A stretch of 64,000 nt of DNA from Patescibacteria group bacterium (GCA_022711335.1 JAKLFF010000002.1:17441-81440), one strand, 5' to 3'; numbered from the stretch's first letter, positions 28,743-39,822 are shown. Notes: generated from the letters alone by a model not told the origin. Numbers and translations: made by a program.

Positions 28743-29552
28743 TCATTTTTTATCAGCCGCGGCATTTTTTATAAAAGCCTCTGACTCAAAGATATTTATT
28801 TCTGCTTGAGCTTCAATATTGGCGACCTCTCCAGAAAAACGATTGATCCAAAGAGATTTAAATTCCCGCTCTTCTCCAGATTTTACCGTCCTCATTTCCG
28901 TCGAATTAAGCGCTACGACGTTTCCCCCAAAATCCTTAAGGATTACCTGGACTTTTATAACATTGAAGTCATAAGGAGTTTCATTCCTCAAAAGTCCCGA
29001 GGCCTCCGAGAAACCCGCCCCGGAATTGACTTGGCGATAATTTTTACTGACTATTCCAAGATTGGGCTTTTCATAATAATTGCTGAACTCAACCCATTCG
29101 GTTTCTTTAATTTCGAGCTGAATTTCACGCGGAGAGACGTCCGAAAATATGTTGCTTTCTACAATATATTTTCTATCTCCTGGCAACACAAATCCCGCCC
29201 CGTTTCTCTGGGCAAGGGTTTCTCCGGATGAGCCTTTCAATTTTATCTCATATTCAAAAGATTTGGCGCCAAATGAATTATTCGGATTTGAAACAATCGC
29301 CCACGCATCATATTCTTTCGGCCTCCCGTTTTCAACAAATCCGCTGTTTTGGACAGAAAGGCTCTGCGCCTTAATTATCCCGCAAGGACTACATTTTCCT
29401 CCGCAATCCACATCTTCTTCGTTTTGGTTTTTTATTTTATCGAAACAAGTCTCATCCGATTTCAAAAATCCATAAATTACATACGCAATCAAAAAAAGCA
29501 GCGCTAGATAGATACAAATAATTATTAATCTTTTGGCCAAGCTTTTCTCCAT
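28743..29552 (-). CDS. hypothetical membrane-anchored protein with a CxxC...CxxC motif
   Basis: N-terminal transmembrane helix; the DCGGKCSPCG motif; 269 aa. Confidence 0.4.
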   Translation of the reverse strand: MEKSLAKRLIIICIYLALLFLIAYVIYGFLKSDETCFDKIKNQNEEDVDCGGKCSPCGIIKAQSLSVQNSGFVENGRPKEYDAWAIVSNPNNSFGAKSFEYEIKLKGSSGETLAQRNGAGFVLPGDRKYIVESNIFSDVSPREIQLEIKETEWVEFSNYYEKPNLGIVSKNYRQVNSGAGFSEASGLLRNETPYDFNVIKVQVILKDFGGNVVALNSTEMRTVKSGEEREFKSLWINRFSGEVANIEAQAEINIFESEAFIKNAAADKK

Positions 29553-29706
29553 ATCTCTATTCTATCACAGGGACTCTGCAATTTCAATTTCCAGCAGTTT
29601 TGGATTGAGCCACTTATTTTTTTAGAGAAAACAAAAAAGCATTATTTTGGCGGCGTCCTACTTTCAAAAACGGCCGAGTTTATTTCCGCCATTTTGCAAA
29701 ACCCAT

Positions 29707-29829
29707 AATTCTCGGCACTGACTTACTCTTCCTCTGAAAAAAACAGAGATACCATCAGCGCTGACAGGCTTAACGACTGAGTTCGGGATGGGATCAGGTG
29801 TGACCCTGTCGCTAGAAGCACCGAGAATT
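29707..29829 (-). rRNA. rrf: 5S ribosomal RNA
   Basis: Minus-strand sequence GGTGCTTCTAGCGACAGGGTCACACCTGATCCCATCCCGAACTCAGTCGTTAAGCC...GCTGATGGTA... matches the bacterial 5S core. Helix I closes between 29811..29829 and 29707..29724. Confidence 0.7.
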
Positions 29830-30394
29830 ATAGAAACAAAATGGCAGAAATGAAGGGATGCTTGTCCACCTCTGGCGGAGGATCGGGCCCGCCAAAGACG
29901 GGTAAATGTTTCCACTTCGCTAGAACCGCCAAAATAATGCTTTTTACCCTATTGAATAAAATTTTGCCTCCGGTAAAATTTAATTTTTCCTTCGGAAAAA
30001 TTATTCAACAGGTTAAATTAAAATGCGTTTATCACAGGCGAAAAGAACATAAACGATACAACCGTAAACATAATTACGAAAAATATCGTAAAAATAAATC
30101 GAAAACTTTTTTTATATTTGTCGTATCTTTTCATATCTTTTTACATTATACCATTAATTGCAACCAACTACAACTTTCTTAGAAACTGCTAACTGCTAAC
30201 CTCCGACGCTCCGGCCAAAGCCGGAGGTCGGAGCTCCGAACCACTAATGAGTTCAAAAACTCATTAGTGCGTCGGAGCATATTTTTAAGAGAGATAATGT
30301 TTAGTTTATTAGTATCTCTTGGCTCAATGAATCTCTCCACTTACACCTGAGACCTATCAACCTGGTAATCTTCCAGGAAACCAGCCAATGCAAA

Positions 30395-30592
30395 GCATTG
30401 GAAGCACGAAATCCAAAATTAGAAATCCGAAACAAATTCAAATTTTAAAATCACAATTTTCAAAACATTAATAGGAATTAGTTTTGTCAGCCAGAGGCTG
30501 ATCCGCCTTTGGCGGAAATTTTGAAAATTATAATTTTGATATTGTTTAGAATTTCGAAATTCGAATTTCGAATTTCCAGTGCTTCGCACTGG
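30395..30592. repeat. IVS family B, copy 2 (helix-98 region near the 23S 3' end)
   Basis: Begins gcattggaagcacgaaatccaaaattagaaatccgaaacaaattcaaat and ends ...gaatttcgaatttccagtgcttcgcactg. Related to 33900..34070. Confidence 0.7.
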
Positions 30593-30794
30593 CGTTGCCT
30601 TATCTTGGGCGGGGCTTCCCGCTTATATGCTTTCAGCGGTTATCCCTTCCGAACGTAGCTACCCAGCAGTGCTCCTGGCGGAACAGCTGGTACACCAGAG
30701 GTTCGTTCTTCAAGGTCCTCTCGTACTATCGAAGACTTCCCTCAAGCAACAACGCCTACAGCAGATAGGAGACCAACCTGTCTCACGCATGTTT

Positions 30795-31180
30795 TTCACT
30801 TATTACTAAGTGCATTGGACTATAACTTCATCCAAAAAAATATGGATGGCTAACATTTAGTCTCTACGGGCAATTACAAACTTCAAAGAAGGGAGGAGAG
30901 AGTCTCCATTGGGAGGGCAGAAAAACCCTAAGCCATTCGGCTTTCAAAATGGACGATGCCAGGAGCCATTCGGCTAATTCCTGGAGTTCATCTTTCGCTC
31001 TCCTCTTTAAAGTTCATAATTTTCCCTCGGTATTGTCCTTTCTCAGGATTCTACCGAAATTAGTTAGCTTCACTATTAATATTACTATTAATAGCCGCCG
31101 TGTTTTTGATGTCTTATTCCTCGGATTCAAACTGTTAAATTTCCTTTATCTAAAAGCTAAAAAGCTAATAACTAAAAGCT
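30795..31180 (-). mobile_element. ORF-less group I intron-like insertion at the 23S position equivalent to E. coli ~2593
   Basis: Interrupts the conserved GGGTTCA|GAACGTCGTGAGACAG. Contains the P7-like motif GTAGAGACTAAATG (reverse complement at 30845..30858). Confidence 0.5.
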
Positions 31181-31231
31181 GTTTAACGGTTTGAACCCAG
31201 CTCGCGTACCGCTTTAATTGGCGAACAGCCA

Positions 31232-31291
<60 letters not shown>

Positions 31292-31317
31292 CTCCGTCGA
31301 TGTGGACTCTTGGGAGG

Positions 31318-31350
<33 letters not shown>

Positions 31351-31511
31351 TGATGATCTTCCACGCTCCTATGAGCGATGGTCGGTTCACTAACTTCCAC
31401 TTTCGTGACTGATCGACTAATGAGTCTTGCAGTAAAGCAGGCTTATGCGTTTGCACTACCGGCCCGATTTCCATCCGGACCTAGCCTACCTTTGTAAACG
31501 CCTCCGTTGCC

Positions 31512-31544
<33 letters not shown>

Positions 31545-31945
31545 ACCAGGCACTGTCCCCGAACTGGATAAGAAGAAAGAAGTATGAAGTAAGAATCAAG
31601 AAGAATATGCAAAAATTTTTCTTTAGAAAAATTTTTGGCTTATCTCTTTCTTCTTTATTCTTTCTTCTTAACAGTTCAGGGTTAGCGTTTAAACTCACAA
31701 AGAGTGGTATTACACTGTTGGCTCCATCTCGACCGAAATCGAGACTTCAAAGCCTCCCACCTATTCTAGGCATCATAAACTCAAACGCAATGCCAAGCTA
31801 TAGTAAAGCTCCACGGGGTCTTTTCGTCTTGCTGCAGGTCGACGGCATCTTTACCGTCATTGCAATTTCACCGAGTTCTTCGTTAAGACAGTTACCAAGT
31901 CGTTACGCCTTTAATGCGGGTCAGAATTTACCTGACAAGGAATTT

Positions 31946-32555
31946 CGCTCTTTTTTGTTAACTCTTGATCGCTCAAGAGAACGGACTATATTTTTTCGCC
32001 TTATTAGCGAATTCGGCATTTAGTCTCTGAGGATTCTAAAAATCTAGAAGATTTTCTATGATTCATTTTCTCAATCATTTTTGCAATTTTTTTCATTCCA
32101 CTTAATTTCGAATGTTCATTCTCATTCATCATTGCCACTATTTTTGCAAAAATTTTAAAATCTTCTTTTTTGGCCGTTTTCAATCGGTTTTTATCAAAGA
32201 ACGGGATTATTATTTCAGTCAAATCTTTTTTAGATCTTACGCAATAACGATATAAATTCTCGTTGTGATTATCATATCGTTTATTCACGAAAACTTTTCC
32301 ACATTTGAAAAATTTTAATAAAATTTCAAGTGATTTTTTACTTTTTTCGCCTTGCGTTACTACAAATTCCGGAAAAACTTGCCATCCAAATTTTGTAGTT
32401 TTGTTTCTAAAAAGACTAACCGAGAAACATCCTTCTCCATCAACATAACCAATTATCCAACCAATCATTTTTAGTCTTTCCTGCTGATTGTCTGGTTTTT
32501 CAAATTTACCTTGAAAAACACTGGAAACATTTTTACTGGGCATAACTTTTTATTA
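31946..32555 (-). mobile_element. group I intron in 23S (near E. coli position 1931) encoding a LAGLIDADG endonuclease
   Basis: Interrupts ...TAAGGTA|GCGAAATTCCTTGTC. Carries the Tetrahymena-like P7 motif CAGAGACTAAATG (reverse complement at 32021..32037). Confidence 0.6.
32004..32543 (-). CDS. LAGLIDADG homing endonuclease (intron-encoded)
   Basis: GYVDGEGCF matches the LAGLIDADG motif. The 179-aa ORF lies wholly inside the 23S locus. Confidence 0.75.
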   Translation of the reverse strand: MPSKNVSSVFQGKFEKPDNQQERLKMIGWIIGYVDGEGCFSVSLFRNKTTKFGWQVFPEFVVTQGEKSKKSLEILLKFFKCGKVFVNKRYDNHNENLYRYCVRSKKDLTEIIIPFFDKNRLKTAKKEDFKIFAKIVAMMNENEHSKLSGMKKIAKMIEKMNHRKSSRFLESSETKCRIR

Positions 32556-33005
32556 AATAATCTATGGAATAATTATACCATAGTAGCTCCAGATTCACCA
32601 GATTTTCCAGCATATAGCTGAATGTTTTAAGACATACTATTTTAATAGTATAGGCAGTTACTTTTCCTTTTTCTTAATTTGCCGTTTACCAATCTTCACA
32701 CCATGCAATCGTTCCAGTCTTGAGACTACCTTGCAAGATAATCTCAACCTTAGAACGATTCATAATGTATGTGTTAGCTCTATGTCTCCATAGAGATCGG
32801 ACTATATCATCTTCGATCTTTATATCGAAGTTTGGCGTGTAGTCTCTGAGGATTCTGCCAAAATAGTTGGCAGCCTTTCCTGCTGATTGTCTAATCCGAT
32901 AATTTTTTAAAACCACTCAGCTTATCCTTGCGGATTACTGTTTGGGTATTATCGGCTCTAAAGAGTTTCCAGCATTTGGCCAAATTTTTTAACTACAATC
33001 GTTAC
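32556..33005 (-). mobile_element. second, degenerate group I intron (near E. coli position 1917) with a remnant ORF at 32686..32916
   Basis: Follows the exon sequence ...GCGATAACTATAA. Shares the 17-mer tagtctctgaggattct (P7 region) with the neighbouring intron. Only a 76-aa ORF without LAGLIDADG motifs remains. Confidence 0.4.
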
Positions 33006-33305
33006 TTTATAGTTATCGCTGACGTTCACTGGCGCTTCGGGGATTGGCTTGCACCGCTCCCGTTAACGTTCCAGCACTGGTCAGGCGTCACCCCCCATAC
33101 TTCCCCTTGCGGGTTTGCGGAGAGCTGTGTTTTTGATAAACAGTCGCTTGGTATCTTTCGCTGCGGCCCCCGCCGAGGCGGGGGCAGTCCATATCCCTAA
33201 GTTACGGACGCTGTTTTGCCGAGTTCCTTAACGAAGGTTCACTCGTTCACCTTAGGCTACTCGCCCAGTCTACCTGTGTCGGTTTTAGTACGGATTCTGT
33301 CAGAT

Positions 33306-33497
33306 CCTGTGTCTCGCGCTGCTCGCCACAGGGAATTTACAATTTTCAATTTACAATTTACAATCAATTTTCAATTTAATAATTTTTAATTTTCAAACCA
33401 ACTTGTAATTGATAATTGAAAATTGAATCATTGAAAATTTATTGATCATTGATAATTGATCATTGAAAATTCCGTGTCGAACAAAGTGAGACACGGG
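33306..33497. repeat. IVS family A, copy 1 (192 bp, inserted near 23S nt ~1600)
   Basis: Identical over 192 bp to 34685..34876. Closed by the helix CCGTGTCTC / GAGACACGG around an AT-rich body. Confidence 0.9.
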
Positions 33498-33899
33498 CAT
33501 AGAGGGTTTTCCCGGCACCTTGCTCATCTCCCTTTTCTGTCCGAAGACAAATTCGAGAAATATCTTGAATGATATGCGGCGGATTTTCCTGCCACACGTT
33601 CTCAATATTCCTACGAAAATCCAATAATTCGCAGAGACTACTAAGATGCGTCACCTCATTTATAAACTGACAAAAGCTATGGAATATTAACCATATGTCC
33701 ATCGACTACGCCTTTCGGCCTCGCCTTAGGCCCGGCTAACCCTGGGATGATCACCATTGCCCAGGAAACCTTAGACTTTCGGTGTCGGGGGATCTCACCC
33801 CAATTGCGGTTACTCGTTCCAGCATTCTTACTTCCATACACTCCAGCCTGGCTCGCGCCTTGACCTTCAGTGCGTATGGAACACTTCCCTACCAGACAA

Positions 33900-34070
33900 T
33901 GCTACGCATTGGAAGCACGAAATCCAAAATTAGAAATCCGAAACAAATTCAAATACTTAAATTCAAATGTCCAAAACAAGTTGTTTTAAATTTTGAAATT
34001 ATAATTTTTTAATATTGTTTCGAATTTCGATATTCGAATTTCGAATTTCCAGTGCGAAGCACTGAATCCG
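33900..34070. repeat. IVS family B, copy 1 (helix 45 of 23S)
   Basis: Replaces the helix-45 loop between GTGCCGAAGATGCGG and GTCTGGTAGGG. Ends in the hairpin cagtgcGAAGcactg. Confidence 0.7.
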
Positions 34071-34684
34071 CATCTTCGGCACTATGTTTCAGCCCCGTTA
34101 CATTTTAGGCGCAAAGCCTCTAGACTAGTGAGCTGTTACGCACTCTTTAAAGGATGGCTGCTTCTAAGCCAACCTCCTAGGTGTATAAGAAGCCTTACTT
34201 CCTTTTCCACTTAACATAGATTTTGGGACCTTAGATGGCGGTCTGGGCTTTTTCCCTTTTGAGATCCGACCTTAGCGCCGGATTTCTGACTGTCCGAATA
34301 AGTAGCTTTGGAATTCGGAGTTTGGTTGAAAACCCTACGGCGAACCGCGAATTCTCATTCAGTAGCTCTACCTCCAAAGCACATTTAACGAACGCTAGCC
34401 CTCAAGCTATTTCGGGAAGAACCAGCTATCGCCAAGCTCGATTACAATTTCTGCTCTATTCACAAGTCATCCCCCAGTGTTGTACGGCTGGTGGGTTCGG
34501 GCCTCCTTTGGGTTTTACCCCAAATTCACCCTGCTCATAAATAGCTCGCCTGGCTTCGGGTCTAGTCCATGCCATATAATCGCCCGTTAAGGCTCGCTTT
34601 CACTTTGGCTCCACAATAAAAATTGCTTAGCCTACGACATAGAACTAACTCGCTGGATCGTTCTACAAAAAGCACGCCATCACC

Positions 34685-34876
34685 CCTGTGTCTCGCGCTG
34701 CTCGCCACAGGGAATTTACAATTTTCAATTTACAATTTACAATCAATTTTCAATTTAATAATTTTTAATTTTCAAACCAACTTGTAATTGATAATTGAAA
34801 ATTGAATCATTGAAAATTTATTGATCATTGATAATTGATCATTGAAAATTCCGTGTCGAACAAAGTGAGACACGGG
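34685..34876. repeat. IVS family A, copy 2 (helix 25 of 23S)
   Basis: Identical to 33306..33497. The flanks align to E. coli CTGAAACCGTGTACGTACAAGCAGTGGGAGC, which is helix 25. Confidence 0.9.
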
Positions 34877-35267
34877 AGCTCTGACTCTTTGTTAGCATAC
34901 GGTTTCAGATACTATTTCATCCCCCTCATCGGGGTGCTTTTCACCTTTCCCTCACGGTACTGGTTCGCTATCGATCACTAAAAATATTTAGCCTTGGAAG
35001 ATAGTGCTCCCATCTTCAAACGGGATTTCTCCGGTCCCGCCCTACTTGTTTTGAGACTTAGTTCCACGGATCCATTTTCGCTTACGGGGCTTTCACCCTC
35101 TATAGCCGTTCTTTCCAGAAACGTTTGGCTAATAGAACCGCTAAAGACTCAAGGCTTTTCCGCGTTCGCTCGCCACTACTTGCGGAATCTCAGTTGATTT
35201 CTTTTCCTCCGGCTAATAAGATGTTTCAATTCGCCGGGTGTGCTTCATCACACTATGAATTCATGTG

Positions 35268-35452
35268 AAGATAATCCATTCTTCACTTTATCCAGAATCT
35301 TGCTAATTAAAATAGCCCGCAAATTTTTAATTTTTTAATTTTTAAATAATGCTCAAATTTCTAATGTTTAAAAATTAAAGCATTAAAAAAATTATTTACA
35401 AAATTAAAAATTATAAAATTTAAAAATTCTATTCTGAACGAAGTGAAGAATG
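35268..35452. repeat. IVS in helix 9 of 23S
   Basis: About 150-bp AT-rich insert bounded by the inverted repeat ATCCATTCTTCACTT / AAGTGAAGAATGGAT, between TTTCCGAATGGG and GAACTGAAACATCT equivalents. Confidence 0.75.
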
Positions 35453-36067
35453 GATTGGGTTTTCCCATTCGGAAATCTCCGGGTCAAAGGTTGCTCGTCA
35501 CCTCGCCGAAGCTTATCGCAGACTGCTACGCCCTTCATCGCTTTTTAGTGTCAAGGCATCCACCATATGCATTAGTATTACCGCTCTTACATCACGAAGC
35601 ATATAACATACAACATACAACAATTACGCATAGCACTAAATATTGTTTCGTTTTTTATGTTACATGTTTTATGCTATATGCTTCATGATTTTTAGTTAGC
35701 AGTTAGCAATCACTAATGTCGCCAACTGCGTTTTTCGCGCGGCCGCCGGTAAAGCGGTTTTACGCGATTGCAATTTCTATCCCGCCGCTCGCAAGCGGCA
35801 GAATGACCTACTTTCTAATGCTTCGTTGCAAAAAGCATTAGAAGACTAATCGCCGATATCAATTTTAGTTTCCGCAAACTCTAATTAACTTGAGTATCGC
35901 GATTAAGACCGTATTCAATTGTCAAGGTTCGCCCTAGCCGCGCGGCCGCCGTTGAGGCGGTTTTACGCGGTAACGCGGAAATACATTGATACTACTTTCT
36001 ATCAAGTAATATTAAACTATTTCTTCGCTACCCATTCGTTATTCATATAAATTCACAGTTCGCAACA

Positions 36068-36093
36068 AACAAAAAACCGCTTTTTCAAGCGGG
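36068..36093 (-). terminator. rho-independent terminator (minus strand) between the membrane-protein gene and the rRNA promoter region
   Basis: On the minus strand, the hairpin CCGCTT-GAAA-AAGCGG is followed by TTTTTTG. Confidence 0.55.
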
Positions 36094-36286
36094 ATCATTT
36101 TAGACAATTTCAAATCTAAAGTTTCACCCGCTTTTTTGCAATTTATTTATGATTGATCTTGCCATCTATAATTCAAATTAATCGCCTAACAATAATAGCA
36201 ATTCCTGAAATTATGTCAAGCGGCCGCTGAACAACCAAAGCTTGGACTCGGTCAACCGAGGCCAAGCTTTGAAATTTGCCGAAATT

Positions 36287-36979
36287 TTATTTTTTCTTCT
36301 CCGTTATTTCCTGCCTCAGTTTTTCGAGTATCATTCTCGCTTCATCTTTCCCTCCAAGGCCGAAAGCTAATCCTCCAGCAAGCGACAGCATTGCAACAAT
36401 TCCTATAAATATGGTGCTTACTAAAGAAGATGCTATGCCAAGCTGGATAAGCGCCGCAAAAACTCCGAAAATAATGATGGCCCATTTGGAAATGACCGCC
36501 AGGAGAGTCGCCGACATGACACCCGCCGCCTTTGTGCTTCCTTTCACCACGCCATAAACAAAATTACCGATCAAAACAACAACCGAAAGAATAACCACAG
36601 CTACGACAACATTGGGAATATAGAGAATTATCTTATTGAGGAATTCTGTTACTTGCGTCAGATTGAGAATATCGGTTGCCGCCATAAGAAATACAAGCAC
36701 CAGAAACCACTTGATAAGCCCGCCGAAAAACTCCGAGATTCCAATTTTAATCCCGGCGCAGTTCGACTTGCAATTAAAGCCGATTTTTTCCGCCGCCTTG
36801 TCAACGCGGGCGGTTTTCATCATTTTTTCTCCAAGTCTTCCCATTGTAACAGCGATAATCCATCCGGCTAAAAAAACCAGAAGCGCTCCTAAAAAAGACG
36901 GGAGAAAATTAACCAGCCTTTCACCGAGGGTTATGAGCGATACAGTTATTGCTTCTCCCCAGGTTTCAACGCCATTCAT
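36287..36979 (-). CDS. small membrane protein with tandem conserved-TM-helix repeats (MscS-N-terminal-like)
   Basis: 230 aa with four to five transmembrane helices and a repeated FL.F...LL.F.G....A.G..(V/I) pattern. Confidence 0.4.
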   Translation of the reverse strand: MNGVETWGEAITVSLITLGERLVNFLPSFLGALLVFLAGWIIAVTMGRLGEKMMKTARVDKAAEKIGFNCKSNCAGIKIGISEFFGGLIKWFLVLVFLMAATDILNLTQVTEFLNKIILYIPNVVVAVVILSVVVLIGNFVYGVVKGSTKAAGVMSATLLAVISKWAIIIFGVFAALIQLGIASSLVSTIFIGIVAMLSLAGGLAFGLGGKDEARMILEKLRQEITEKKK

Positions 36980-37179
36980 CTAATCACCTCCATTTCTTTT
37001 TTATTTTTTCACCTCGTTGAGTAAATTTTGCTTTGCAAAATTATTTTTTCCTGCCTAACGGCAGGCCAGGCGAAGGAAAAATACTTAACAGGGTAAATTT
37101 TTTATTTTTATTTCAGAAATTGCCAGATTTATTATTTAAATTTACATTTGAAAACGAACGCTAAAACATGATTGATTTG

Positions 37180-39741
37180 CTATTGTTCTCCGGCTTCGCT
37201 TCCGCTCGCTTCTTCTTTCTGGACGCTGGTAAGTCCGAGGCTTTCAGGAGTATTTTCAATTCCCGCATCAACATTGGAAATCATCTTTTCGATTTGCTTT
37301 TTGGTTTCTGCGACCCCGTCTCCCGCGAGAAGGCTACTGACTTTTTGATATTCCTGCTTGGCGCCGCTCTTATTTTTGTTTTTTTCGTAGAGTAATCCCA
37401 GATAAAAGTGAGCGCTTATATTGCCATCTTCTCTGGCAATTATTGCTTTATATATCTGCTCGGCATTCTTCAAATCCTCCTCATTTCCTCTGGTCTGATA
37501 AATTCTAGCAAGACTCGTCGCATAATCGATATTCTGGGGATTGAGCTGAATCGCCTTCGCCCCATTTTCAATAGATTTATCCACTTCTCCCAAAGCACTT
37601 TGAGTGAGAGAAAGCTGGTAATATCCTGAATCTAAATTGCTTTTCTCTTCAACCGCCCGCTGGAACAAATCCCTGGCCTCCCCTATGAGCTGCCGCCTAT
37701 CCTGCTCTTCCTTTTTGGTTGAAGCCAGGCTTACTTTTATTTGTCCGAGCTTCAAAAAATAATTCGGATTATGCGGCTCAAGCTCCAGCCCTCTTCTATA
37801 GGACTCCGCCGCAAGATTGAGAGAGTCGATTACATAAATCCCGGCGTTTTCATAAATCTGAGCCAGAACTTCAACCGAATTTATGTCGTTTTTGTTGATA
37901 TCACTGCTTTGTCTGGTTGCCGCAATAGAAAAATTGAGATATTGCTGAATTTTCTGCAGATCCCTTTCTTTTTCTCCTTTCATTGCTTCTTTGTTGGCCA
38001 AAACCATATAATACTGCCCCAACTGACCATAATATTTTCCTTCCTTGCCATAAAGCTTTATGGCTTTGCTCATCTTCAAGATAGAATCCTCCTGGTTGGC
38101 ATAAATTTGGCGCTCCGCTATTCCCGCGCTAACATCGGCAGCGTATATTTTTCCCAAAAAGACGAAAAGAAAAGCTACTCCGGCGCTTACTACCATAAAA
38201 ACAAACGCCAAGGCCAGCGCATATTTCGGAGAGGCCTTCAGGGAAAGATTTATGTATTTTTCCTGGGTCCCGCTTTCATGCATTGCAACCGCCAAAGATA
38301 GAATCCCTATGAAAACCGCCATAAGCAAAACCGCGCCTTCGGTCCTTACAATAAAAACATCTATAAAAAATATTATCGCGGCTGAAAATAAGCCCAGGGA
38401 ATAAAGTTTGTTTCTTTCCTTTTCCCTATAAAGGAAATACAGCTCAATGCTCAAAAAAGAAAGGATTCCAATCGCCAGAAAGAACGTTCCGATAACACCA
38501 ATCGTAGGAAGCGCTTCGAAGAACAATCCGGTTCCTTGGAAAAATCTCAAGTTATAAAACATATTGAGATTGAAATCCTGCGGACGATTCATAGAAAAAT
38601 TATACCCATAAGTTGCCGGACCTGACCCCAGAATAAATTTATCTTTGAGCGAATTAACCGCAATATCCCAGGATACCTGATAATTCGGACTGACTTCAAC
38701 CGGAAGATTAATTTTTGACATCGAAACTTCCCCTAGCATTCTAAGAGCCATTATAACCACAAAAAGCGCCATAGGCAGCCATGTCCAGCTCATTTTCGGC
38801 CTGACAATTTTCGCCAGAATAAAAATTAAAAACACTGCTACCCCAGTAAAAAGGCCCAGCCAAGGAATGTAATTATAAAGCGACAAAATAAGAACCAAAT
38901 CCAAAAGAAGCACCAGAAGAAGCGTGCCAGTCAGGATTTTTTTAAAAAAGCTCGCCATTTTTTCATTCTCCGCCAGTTTCAAAATAGCTACAGTTATGAT
39001 TGGAAGCATCGCGGAAAAAACCACTCCAAGGCCCGCCATTGAACCGATAAGGCTCAATGGAGCATATTGAGAAACTGCGTCCGGCAAAAACTTTATTCCT
39101 CTTATTGCCAGAAGCGTCCAGAAAGAAAGAACTGCCCCTGAAGTTATGATTGCCGTTAAAAACAAATTTAATCTTTTTGCATTGAAATTACTGAAAAACA
39201 AATAATAAAATATAATTAACGCCGTAATATTCATGAATCCCCGAGAAGGATCGCCAAACATTCCCCAAAAACTATGCCAGCGATCAACGGAAAAAAACAT
39301 CGCTAAAAGATAAACCAGCCAAAAAGCGATAATAGGAATATCGAGGGGAGTTTTTCTGATTCCCATTTCTCCCAAAATAACACCTTTAGCCGTCCAGGAA
39401 ACCAGACCCAGAAGAAGCCAGAAATAAAAATAAAGCTGTTTTTCGAAAATTATTCCCTGAAAAGTCAAGCCGGTAAAAAATAAGGGAACTCCCAAAAAGA
39501 GCATAAAGATGCTCAAACTAACCACCTTGTCCATCATCTTGACTACCAGCTTTCTTTCTTTAGTCTCCTTTTCATCTATGCTCTCAAGAACTTGCGCTTG
39601 CGCTTGGCTTGACGGCCTGAAAGCATCATGCTTCTCCCCTCTAAATCCGGAAAAATTTCTCGGATATTCCCTCTTGCCGGTTTCAACTCTGCCGCCTGTT
39701 CCAAATTCATTGCCTCCTGTGTTATTCACTTTTATTTCCAT
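37180..39741 (-). CDS. O-antigen ligase/polymerase-like polytopic membrane protein with C-terminal TPR repeats
   Basis: N-terminal region of about 12 transmembrane helices resembling Wzy_C-type proteins. The C-terminal 300 aa carry TPR-like repeats (A.IYEN.G.Y, YYQLSLTQSALGE, HFYLGLLYEK). Confidence 0.5.
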   Translation of the reverse strand: MEIKVNNTGGNEFGTGGRVETGKREYPRNFSGFRGEKHDAFRPSSQAQAQVLESIDEKETKERKLVVKMMDKVVSLSIFMLFLGVPLFFTGLTFQGIIFEKQLYFYFWLLLGLVSWTAKGVILGEMGIRKTPLDIPIIAFWLVYLLAMFFSVDRWHSFWGMFGDPSRGFMNITALIIFYYLFFSNFNAKRLNLFLTAIITSGAVLSFWTLLAIRGIKFLPDAVSQYAPLSLIGSMAGLGVVFSAMLPIITVAILKLAENEKMASFFKKILTGTLLLVLLLDLVLILSLYNYIPWLGLFTGVAVFLIFILAKIVRPKMSWTWLPMALFVVIMALRMLGEVSMSKINLPVEVSPNYQVSWDIAVNSLKDKFILGSGPATYGYNFSMNRPQDFNLNMFYNLRFFQGTGLFFEALPTIGVIGTFFLAIGILSFLSIELYFLYREKERNKLYSLGLFSAAIIFFIDVFIVRTEGAVLLMAVFIGILSLAVAMHESGTQEKYINLSLKASPKYALALAFVFMVVSAGVAFLFVFLGKIYAADVSAGIAERQIYANQEDSILKMSKAIKLYGKEGKYYGQLGQYYMVLANKEAMKGEKERDLQKIQQYLNFSIAATRQSSDINKNDINSVEVLAQIYENAGIYVIDSLNLAAESYRRGLELEPHNPNYFLKLGQIKVSLASTKKEEQDRRQLIGEARDLFQRAVEEKSNLDSGYYQLSLTQSALGEVDKSIENGAKAIQLNPQNIDYATSLARIYQTRGNEEDLKNAEQIYKAIIAREDGNISAHFYLGLLYEKNKNKSGAKQEYQKVSSLLAGDGVAETKKQIEKMISNVDAGIENTPESLGLTSVQKEEASGSEAGEQ

Positions 39742-39822
39742 AGATTTTTTAATTTTAAACTAACTAAATTATACTTTGTTTAAAAATCAAAGTCAATCCA
39801 TCAAAAAACATTCCAAAAAGAG

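Noticed and set aside
29841-30182. 113-aa ORF between the 5S and 23S rRNA genes
   Set aside because: It lies in the rRNA intergenic spacer, is AT-rich and low-complexity, and overlaps the 23S trailer processing stems.
35600-36290. Search for a 16S rRNA gene upstream of the 23S
   Set aside because: No 16S-like sequence was found. The region contains only leader hairpins and then the gene at 36287..36979, so 16S appears unlinked or lies outside the window.
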